A DNA stretch of 64,000 bases from IMG/VR virus record IMGVR_UViG_3300028581_000010. The stretch is one strand, 5' to 3'. Under the pieces are notes generated by a model. The model saw only the letters and a list, made by a program, of their open reading frames with translations, was not told the origin of the DNA and made no database searches. Source of the stretch: a virus. Taxonomy: Duplodnaviria; Caudoviricetes. A program made the translations under genes and the position numbers. Below are positions 9,714 to 16,322 of the stretch, piece by piece (position 1 is the first letter of the stretch; every line of letters starts with the position of its first letter).

Positions 9714-9786
9714 TGGTGTCGGGGCGTGGAATCGAACCACGAAAAGCGAGCTTATGAAACTCGCTGGGGTGCCAACCCTCCCCGAC
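9714..9786 (-). tRNA. Atypical tRNA, anticodon CAT (Met or Ile2), with a minimal D-arm
   Basis: Acceptor GTCGGGG/CCCCGAC plus ACCA; loop TTCATAA; T-arm CGTGG-TTCGATT-CCACG; D hairpin GGGT-TGGC-ACCC. Confidence 0.75.
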
Positions 9787-9792
9787 ATAAAT

Positions 9793-9868
9793 TGGCTGTT
9801 CGTCTTGGACTCGAACCAAGAACCTTCGTCTTAACAGGACGAGACTCTGCCAATTGAGTTAACGAACA
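9793..9868 (-). tRNA. tRNA-Asn(GTT)
   Basis: Canonical 76-nt cloverleaf with encoded CCA. Confidence 0.95.
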
Positions 9869-10004
9869 GTGTTTACGGCTCAGGTCGTTAAGTACTTGCG
9901 TTAGGTGCGGTTTAAGCCCTCTGCTTTGGGCGCGCGCCCGTCCGAGAGCTGTTACGCTGGCCTCCGCTTTCCTCCCCTCAATGACCGTAAAGTTTTTGAA
10001 AGTC

Positions 10005-11051
10005 TTAGATGGGTCTAACGCCGGACAACTCTTCGAAGAGTTTGACGTCGGATCTTGGCATCGTGGGAAGCACGTCGGCCAGTTTATTGAAGTCGTTCGG
10101 ATCAAGTTCCATACCAAAGGCTTCCTCGTATGTATCCTTGCCAACCTTGCACAGGTCGTCGAACTTGTATTTATTGCCGCTCATCTCGATGTAGTTCAGC
10201 TCGGAAGCTGTCTTCTCGATAGAGAGCGTGAAGATTTTATCAACAGGGTCGCCTAGCAGCGATGCCACCTTGACGTTGTCGTAAGCTCCCTCCATGTTCT
10301 CGACATGGTAGAGCACCTCAGCAAGCTTCATAACCTCATCCATGCTGGTCATGTTGGACAGATCAGCGCGAATGTCGTTATACAGCTTCACGTTGGCTTG
10401 TTTCTTAAGCTTCGTGGATCTACGCCAAATCTCTGCGTCTAGCCCGCCGAGGTCAGGGTAAAACATGCCCGCATACTTACACACCAAGTCAGGCAGGTCA
10501 TCCACGTTGAGATCCTCTGCCGCCTTAACCATGTTTTTACAGGTGTCGACGCGGGTCTCAAAAGGGAAGTTTCTGATGTTACTGACAAAGTCTTCTGCTG
10601 CTTTCTCCAGGTCGGAGGCGGTCTTAACCACGTACAAGTCAAAGGATTGGTCTCCAACCTTGAAGTTGCACATTGTTTTGGGTTCGTAATCTGCTGCTGT
10701 TTTCTGGTTGCGCTCGGCGCTGTAGGCCTCCAGGTCTTCGGTAATTCCGAAGATGTCTGCGGCCTCTTTTATACGATTTTCGAGCTTGCAAACGTAGGCT
10801 TCTCCGTATATCTTCTTAATATCCGCCTGCTTGTCCAGAAAGTAGGCGTTAGAAACAAATACTCTAGATGGACTGTTTAATGGATAGATACGACGCTCTG
10901 AATCCGCAAAGGCCTCTTTTGGGAGCCCGCCGAGGGTCAGCATGTCGTCCACTTCTGCAGTCTTTACATACTCCGGAAGCTCTGCGTCCGCAAGGAACGA
11001 GTACAGCTGCTTGCTGGAATAGTCTGTTTGTTGGTCAAATGATAGTCGCAT
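10005..11051 (-). CDS. Hypothetical KxA-rich protein, candidate head component (start 11051 or 11057)
   Basis: VKTAE, QKTAA, VKTAS, EKAAE, VKAAE, KKQAN, EKTAS; promoter position favours the start at 11051. Confidence 0.75.
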   Translation of the reverse strand: MRLSFDQQTDYSSKQLYSFLADAELPEYVKTAEVDDMLTLGGLPKEAFADSERRIYPLNSPSRVFVSNAYFLDKQADIKKIYGEAYVCKLENRIKEAADIFGITEDLEAYSAERNQKTAADYEPKTMCNFKVGDQSFDLYVVKTASDLEKAAEDFVSNIRNFPFETRVDTCKNMVKAAEDLNVDDLPDLVCKYAGMFYPDLGGLDAEIWRRSTKLKKQANVKLYNDIRADLSNMTSMDEVMKLAEVLYHVENMEGAYDNVKVASLLGDPVDKIFTLSIEKTASELNYIEMSGNKYKFDDLCKVGKDTYEEAFGMELDPNDFNKLADVLPTMPRSDVKLFEELSGVRPI

Positions 11052-11054
11052 ATC

Positions 11055-11087
11055 CATAATTATACACATGAGTCCTAACGTCTTCAA
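11055..11087. promoter_or_regulatory. Overlapping divergent promoters
   Basis: Minus strand: TTGAAG-N17-TATAAT with ATG 7 nt later (11051). Plus strand: CATAAT 7 nt before ATG 11068. Confidence 0.65.
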
Positions 11088-12357
11088 CTCCAAAATCAAC
11101 CTTCCGAGCGTAGTTTCCAAGCTAGGTTTCTCTACCTCAGACTACGAATTTATCCGTATGCCTGTCTTCGGGTGGTTCGCCAAGTCCAAAAACTCCGACT
11201 TCATAGGCAATATCTTCAACTTCTTCGAGCCCGAGCAGTGGCCCAGGCTGTTCAGAATCATCAGCAAGGACTTCTCCGACTGCTACGACTTCAAGCTGCC
11301 CTACTCAGAGTATGCCGAGAGAAAGCTCTACAAGGAGCAGCTGACGCTCATGGAGTACCAGTCTGCCTGGCTGCTATCCAAGCACGAGGCCCGGACGCAT
11401 AGAATACGCCACAAGGGCGACGTCTGGTACGTGGAGGACGTCCTCAAGGATGTAGGCCTTCCTGCTCTACTGGAGAACGAGATAGGCTACCTGAGCGACA
11501 CGGTCATAAAGACCTTTCCTAAGCTGGACCTTACTACCAAGCAGCGCTACCAGAAGGTTATGGTTGTGCCCACGTTCTGCACGCCCAAGCATATAGCGTC
11601 TCTGGAGGTCTGCCGCATCAAGTCCATGGACGAGAGGGAGCTGGTCATAGAGAACGCCGAGAAGGGCTGGTACGGTAAGCACAACGTCGAAATCGTCAAG
11701 AATATGGACGAGCTCAAGATCAAGGTGGGTAACACCTGGGATTACAAGTGTGATTACTGGAACACCAAGCCTATAGAGATCTCGGATTCCATTGAAACAC
11801 ACCAACTTATAAAGATCTGGAGCGAAGCCAACCATACAGCCTTCACAAGAAGTCCGATCGATCTTTTAGTGGGCAAGGAAGGCACGGGCGATATAAAGCA
11901 CCATGTCGCACTCCTCAGCCATGCTCAAATACAGGAGCTAGAAAAAAAGACCGACCAGAAGTTGCTGGACTTCTGGGTGAAGTCCAAGGAGCAGCAGTTT
12001 GTTGTACACGACAATACGTTCATCAAGAGAGGAACAGCGTATTACATCATCAAAAAGAACAAGGATGAGGAGCAAATCTCCAACTTCTGCCTGGATATAG
12101 ACAAGATCAAGAAAAAGACGGATGCGGATGGCGAGGAGACATTCTACTGGTGCGGCAACATTCTGCACAACCAGGACGTTATTCCGTTCGAGATGAGCGA
12201 TCGCTACTTCACGTCGTGCTATCTCTTCGCCAAGGGCATGCGCAAGCAGTTCATGTCACTAGGCATAGGCATCCCGTTCATCAACGAGAAGTACATTAGG
12301 CAGCTGCTCAGTCTTATACAGCTGACGTGCTTCAACGTCAAGATAGAGAACGATTAG
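11068..12357 (+). CDS. Hypothetical protein, weak resemblance to degenerate primase-like proteins
   Basis: 429-aa ORF with the phage codon pattern; no intact catalytic motif recognised. Confidence 0.7.
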   Translation: MSPNVFNSKINLPSVVSKLGFSTSDYEFIRMPVFGWFAKSKNSDFIGNIFNFFEPEQWPRLFRIISKDFSDCYDFKLPYSEYAERKLYKEQLTLMEYQSAWLLSKHEARTHRIRHKGDVWYVEDVLKDVGLPALLENEIGYLSDTVIKTFPKLDLTTKQRYQKVMVVPTFCTPKHIASLEVCRIKSMDERELVIENAEKGWYGKHNVEIVKNMDELKIKVGNTWDYKCDYWNTKPIEISDSIETHQLIKIWSEANHTAFTRSPIDLLVGKEGTGDIKHHVALLSHAQIQELEKKTDQKLLDFWVKSKEQQFVVHDNTFIKRGTAYYIIKKNKDEEQISNFCLDIDKIKKKTDADGEETFYWCGNILHNQDVIPFEMSDRYFTSCYLFAKGMRKQFMSLGIGIPFINEKYIRQLLSLIQLTCFNVKIEND

Positions 12358-12438
12358 GCGCAGCAGGACTCGAACCTGCACGTCCTGATGGACAAGGGAT
12401 TTTAAGTCCCTTGCGTCTGCCAATTTCGCCATGCGCCC
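12355..12438 (-). tRNA. tRNA-Leu(TAA)
   Basis: Class II cloverleaf, loop CTTAAAA; CCA not encoded. Confidence 0.95.
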
Positions 12439-12447
12439 GAGTTATTG

Positions 12448-12954
12448 CTAGCCTGGAGCTACCCACCAGTAAGGTGTGTTATTGATCTTTGCCCATTTCG
12501 CAAAGCGCCACTTCTCACCGATGTAGTAGTTTCTGTAGGCCTCGACTACGTCATCGGCGTTTTTGTACTGGGCTGGCATAGCCTGATGGAATGGCGTTAG
12601 CTCGCCTTCCGGAAGCATATGAATCATTTTCCGCAGGTGGTCAATACCAGCCTCACAGAAATGCGCCCTGTCGTATCTGGCGGTATACTCCCAGCATAGA
12701 CCGAGTGCGTGCTCCGAGGCCCACTTGAAGTTAGCCTGGTTAGTACCCACCCATAGCGTGCAAGGATGATGAGGATAGCTCTCCTTGAGAGGCGCTCCTT
12801 TAGCTGTCAGCGGCATCTGCGCCGGAGTGGCTCCGTACCGTATTACGGCCGAGCCGAGCTGCTGGTATAGCTCGACACACATCTTGACCACGTGCTTATC
12901 ACAGTGATAGTGCGCGGCCAGAATAGGGTCTTTGTCTAAGACGAATATGTTCAA
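12448..12954 (-). CDS. Pyrimidine-dimer DNA glycosylase (DenV-like family)
   Basis: (M)NIFVLD...HCDKHVVKM...HPCTLWV...AMP.QYK...EAYRNYY; TTG start inferred. Confidence 0.8.
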   Translation of the reverse strand: MNIFVLDKDPILAAHYHCDKHVVKMCVELYQQLGSAVIRYGATPAQMPLTAKGAPLKESYPHHPCTLWVGTNQANFKWASEHALGLCWEYTARYDRAHFCEAGIDHLRKMIHMLPEGELTPFHQAMPAQYKNADDVVEAYRNYYIGEKWRFAKWAKINNTPYWWVAPG

Positions 12955-13295
12955 CGCGGTGAGTATCCCTTGCAGCGAGCACACTGATCCATACGCAGCC
13001 CTCCATCCAGCACGCTCCTCTGTTCACCAACGAAGCCGCAATGAGGGCATACAGGACCTAGTGGTCCTACATCATTGCGACAATCCATGCAGAGTTCTGC
13101 TACGTCAAGTATCATTTTAGCGTTATAGACGGTGTCGCGGACGGTACCATCCTCAAGAACATCGTGGCGAGTAAACGTATACTCGGGAAATCGGTGAGCG
13201 ATCTCCACCATAGCTTCAAAGTTTGACGTTCTGCCGCAGGAGAGCGCATGCTCTATATGTTTTTCTAAGTTTATTGGGTCGATAATTATGTTCAT
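12951..13295 (-). CDS. Hypothetical protein with CxxC pairs
   Basis: CMDC, CPHC and CARC motifs. Confidence 0.65.
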   Translation of the reverse strand: MNIIIDPINLEKHIEHALSCGRTSNFEAMVEIAHRFPEYTFTRHDVLEDGTVRDTVYNAKMILDVAELCMDCRNDVGPLGPVCPHCGFVGEQRSVLDGGLRMDQCARCKGYSPR

Positions 13296-13300
13296 AGTTT

Positions 13301-13391
13301 TGGCGGAGACAAAGAGCGTTGAACTCTTAGTAGTCTTTAGCTACGGCGCTTTAGCAAAGCGCTACGAAAAACCGATATTCGTGTCGTCTCC
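13301..13391 (-). tRNA. tRNA-Ser(GCT)
   Basis: Acceptor GGAGACG/TGTCTCC plus GCCA, loop TTGCTAA, long variable arm; A at position 8. Confidence 0.85.
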
Positions 13392-13413
13392 AAGTTATTT
13401 GATACTGGAAAAA

Positions 13414-13488
13414 TACCCCAATCGAGGCTCGAACTCGAAGTCTCCAGGTTGAAAACCTAGCGTGTTAGACCAGTTACACTATTGGGGC
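13414..13488 (-). tRNA. tRNA-Glu(TTC)
   Basis: Cloverleaf with loop TTTTCAA; CCA not encoded. Confidence 0.93.
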
Positions 13489-13496
13489 AAAAGCTT

Positions 13497-13613
13497 CCTA
13501 CCGATTACTACGAAGGCGCCGATCAAGTTTGGACCTCTCTCGACATTGCCTTCCTGTTATTGTATTGGGCGAGCTACACATACTCAGTGTAACGGCCACA
13601 GGCGGATGGTAGG
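13497..13613 (-). ncRNA. Candidate structured RNA A (three-way junction)
   Basis: Stems CCTACC/GGTAGG, CCTGT/ACAGG, TACAC/GTGTA, AAGGC/GCCTT, GTCGA/TCGGC. Confidence 0.55.
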
Positions 13614-13630
13614 TTTACAACCGTGAACCA

Positions 13631-13762
13631 AAGTGTAGTATGAGCGCGGCAGGATTTGAACCTGCATGACTAGCGACTGTTAGTGAATCCCAATATATAG
13701 CTAATACTATATACCCGTCTTTGTCTTATTATTTAGCGTCTTTACATTCCGCCACGCCGCTC
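13631..13762 (-). ncRNA. tRNA-Leu-like RNA (132 nt) with an expanded anticodon domain
   Basis: Bulged acceptor GAGCGGCG/CGCGCTC, Leu-type D-arm GCG-GAATGTAAAGA-CGC, T-arm GCAGG-TTCAAAT-CCTGC; anticodon loop replaced by about 42 nt. Confidence 0.7.
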
Positions 13763-13786
13763 AAACTAACCACAGCAAAAATGTTT

Positions 13787-13893
13787 TGGCGGGGCTTCCG
13801 GTAGGGGCTTGGTAATCTCTAGCAACTTAAACCAATGATCCCCGCTTTACCGATGCTACGACCCGAAGCACTCGTGCTGGCCATGCCACGCCA
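13787..13893 (-). ncRNA. Candidate structured RNA B
   Basis: Stems TGGCGTGGC/GCCCCGCCA, CGGTA/TACCG, GGGG/CCCC, TTGGT/ACCAA. Confidence 0.55.
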
Positions 13894-13911
13894 CCAAATA
13901 ACTAAAAAGTT

Positions 13912-14023
13912 GTTGACCAAGATTAAAAGGTCCTGTTTACCCACGACAGGACAGGCTTCGGCTCCTTTCGGATAATGGCGCTATTTCCGCCTTACGCCTT
14001 GTCAGCAGGAGCCTAGGCTCCTG
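13912..14023 (-). ncRNA. Candidate structured RNA C, preceded by an 18-bp perfect palindrome
   Basis: GGCG-GAAATAG-CGCC, TCC-GAAA-GGA, GTCCTGT/ACAGGAC, closing TGAC/GTCA; palindrome CAGGAGCCTAGGCTCCTG at 14006-14023. Confidence 0.55.
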
Positions 14024-14047
14024 AGATTCTTACAAACATAAACTGAT

Positions 14048-14467
14048 GAAACACCTCGATTTGACATACCTATACACCCGGAAGCGCCATAAGAGATTAC
14101 TCCGACCACTGGTGGCCGGTTGTATAACTCACACCTGCGTACAGGTGTACTTTGCAACTGGCGCAGTGTTACCTACGCCAGCTCTTTAAGCTTAGCTATG
14201 GACTTTAAATGAGCCTTCCTTACTTATACCTTGCAACCATAACGGATATGAGCCTTACTACCTTGCGAACTTGAGCCTTCAGCCTTGAGACATAGCACTC
14301 TGATGAGTGATATACCATAGGTTTGATACACGCTGAGAAAGCATGTTAGGTTTACAATTCCATGTAAGTTTCATATTGTCGATTATGAGTTCGCCAGATG
14401 AAAGCCACAAGGGCCTCCTCTAGTCTTTTCTCTAACTGATTACGGATATGTCAAATCGAACTGTTTC
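14048..14467 (-). ncRNA. Candidate large RNA D (420 nt) with an AAG-repeat loop
   Basis: 13-bp perfect terminal stem TCGATTTGACATA/TATGTCAAATCGA extended by GAAACA/TGTTTC; several internal hairpins; 90-nt loop containing 10 AAG triplets. Confidence 0.7.
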
Positions 14468-14474
14468 AAATTGT

Positions 14475-14606
14475 GCAGGGCTATGTCCCTGCTGGGAGGT
14501 CTGTCGGCCTCATCCAAGGGGTTCTCTCCCCCTGTCAACTCTGGTATTAGCAGGTCTTGAGTTTTCCCTGTTTTAAACTGAGAACGACTACATGCCTGAT
14601 CAGTTT
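14475..14606 (-). ncRNA. Candidate structured RNA E, downstream of tRNA-Leu(TAG)
   Basis: AAACTGA/TCAGTTT, CAGG/CCTG, GGGG/CCCC, GAGG/CCTC, GCAGGG/CCCTGC; possible AACTC/GAGTT pseudoknot. Confidence 0.45.
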
Positions 14607-14613
14607 GAAAGTC

Positions 14614-14701
14614 TGCGCGAGGCGGGACTCGAACCCGCATGCTACTGTTATTTCGCGTCCGCCTCTAAAACGGAATTGTCTACCAATTTCAACACCCGCG
14701 C
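14614..14701 (-). tRNA. tRNA-Leu(TAG)
   Basis: Class II cloverleaf, loop TTTAGAG. Confidence 0.92.
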
Positions 14702-15391
14702 GTTTAAACTTATACCATAACTCCTACACCATTTTCTAACTGCGTTATCAGAAACTCCGAAGGTTTTCCCTATCTGCACAAAAGATGCCGTACGTATGAG
14801 CCGTTGCAATTCGTCTTTCTCCGGGCGCACAACTTTGCGAAAGCTTGGTTTTGGTTTAGTTCTCCAGTGCGGATCTCCTTTTATTTTCTCCTTTTTAGTC
14901 CTTGTCGGCTTGGGAGGCATTTTCTGTTCGCGTCTGTCAACCAGCCTACGCCTAGTCTCCATAGCATGACAGTTAGGGCAAAGAAGCTGTAAGTTCTCTA
15001 GTCGGTTATCGAAGTGGTCAGAATTTATATGATCCAACTCCAAAATAGCGGGAGCACCTTGCCAGTCAGTTAAGCCGCATAGTTCGCATTCTTGCTTTTT
15101 GAACCCTTCCTTAATAAGCCTCTTTTTAATGTAGTTGCTATTGCATGGTGAGTTGGCCACCAGATATTTCTCTATAGGCTGCTTAGGTGGGAAAGTTTTA
15201 CCCTTATTCCAAGCTTTGCCAGTAAAGTGAGTGGTCGGCAAGTCATAAGCTTTAGCAACTTTTGCAATATAGCTTTGGGCGCCTGTCCGAGAAGATACTT
15301 CTAATTTTCGACATACCTCTGCCCACGAGCGGCACTGTTCGACAATAGGCCCCAATAATTGCTTTGTGTATTTGGTTCTTAGCATACGCAT
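14648..15391 (-). CDS. Free-standing HNH endonuclease; C-terminus reads into tRNA-Leu
   Basis: CELCG...ELDHINSDHFDNRLENLQLLCPNCH and a C-terminal HTH (FGVSDNAVRKW); start 15391 or 15385 behind TTGACT-N18-TAAGAT. Confidence 0.88.
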   Translation of the reverse strand: MRMLRTKYTKQLLGPIVEQCRSWAEVCRKLEVSSRTGAQSYIAKVAKAYDLPTTHFTGKAWNKGKTFPPKQPIEKYLVANSPCNSNYIKKRLIKEGFKKQECELCGLTDWQGAPAILELDHINSDHFDNRLENLQLLCPNCHAMETRRRLVDRREQKMPPKPTRTKKEKIKGDPHWRTKPKPSFRKVVRPEKDELQRLIRTASFVQIGKTFGVSDNAVRKWCRSYGISLNARVLKLVDNSVLEADAK

Positions 15392-15437
15392 ATATCTTAA
15401 GGCAAGTGCGTATGCCAAGTCAACTAGATATGTAAAG

Positions 15438-15613
15438 TTTTCCTACGAGTGGGATATGATCCCACACTCCGCGCATGTACCGGTGAACGCGGGTGCTATT
15501 TATCGGACTCGACCACTTCGGAAGCGATCCGTCGTGCGCCCAATGCCTCGCCCTGTGTGTCTAGAAACACAGCAGTTGCCCATATTAATTTTGGGTTACA
15601 CTATCGTAGAAAA
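15438..15613 (-). ncRNA. Candidate structured RNA F
   Basis: Closing stem TTTTCTACGA/TCGTAGGAAAA; internal CCCA/TGGG, TGTGT/ACACA, GTGGG/CCCAC. Confidence 0.5.
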
Positions 15614-15621
15614 GTTAAAGA

Positions 15622-15655
15622 GATGGGGACGCCGTGGTTTTGCGGCGCCCCCATC
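15622..15655 (-). terminator. Probable intrinsic terminator downstream of tmRNA
   Basis: GATGGGG-GCGCCG/CGGCGT-CCCCATC hairpin followed by TCTTTAACTTTT. Confidence 0.55.
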
Positions 15656-15851
15656 CTGATGTTACCAGGCCAACTTTTTGTGGACAGGATGCCAAGCCTG
15701 CTTTACGAGATTCATCGAACAAGGTGATTTAGGCCTGTTCGATGCACTCACCACCCCCGCAGAAAAACGGCCCACACCCTCAAGCGCCACTCAACCTCCA
15801 GGCCTAGGAAGGAGGTATGGTTGTGACTCTGTTTTGTAATGTGGGACCAAA

Positions 15852-16271
15852 TGGTGGAGGTAGCGGGAGTCGAACCCGCGTGTTCAATACTTCTCTAACA
15901 CCTCTACGTGCGTAGTTTGATATTATTTTCGACTGTGGTCTGCTATCAAACAAACGGTGCCACAGCTTAGGCAGACCCGTCTGCCAGGGTGCGGATTACC
16001 GCCATCTTTTACCACGATTGACGCCGAGCGCTTTTCTTCACTCAGCCAGGTTACGTGACATCCTGAGTTCGATGACTGTTACAGTCCGCTTACGCGGCGA
16101 GCAGTTCGCGATCAACGCTCCCGAAGGAGGCGATCATCGCGTCAGCTTCTGCAACCGTCATTGCTTGATCCATAGGATTAGCATTTAGTTTTTGTTAGCT
16201 TTCAAGGTGCCCCGCTAACGAACCCACACGCAGTGCTTCAATACATATTGAGTCGAAGCCAGTATACCCCC
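15852..16271 (-). ncRNA. ssrA: tmRNA (420 nt)
   Basis: 5' GGGGGTA, 3' T-arm GCGGG-TTCGACT-CCCGC then TACCTCCACCA (G3.U70 pair); tag frame 16182-16090 = ANPMDQAMTVAEADAMIASFGSVDRELLAA*. Confidence 0.95.
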
Positions 16272-16322
16272 GAAAATGTGTGCGTGGTGCACTGTTTTAA
16301 TTGTACACCACGCACGAAAACG

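Noticed and set aside
14043-14310. Hammerhead ribozyme suggested by CTGATGA at 14043 and 14300
   Set aside because: These lie on the plus strand, opposite the island's transcription, and lack a correctly placed GAAA and stems.
14560-14613. Theta (HDV-like) ribozyme after tRNA-Leu
   Set aside because: No P1 partner for GACTTTC and no L3/J4-2 consensus could be fitted.
15366-15727. Plus-strand ORFs 15366-15659 and 15449-15727 as proteins
   Set aside because: No recognisable motifs, antisense to the island, and the region is better explained by RNA pairing.
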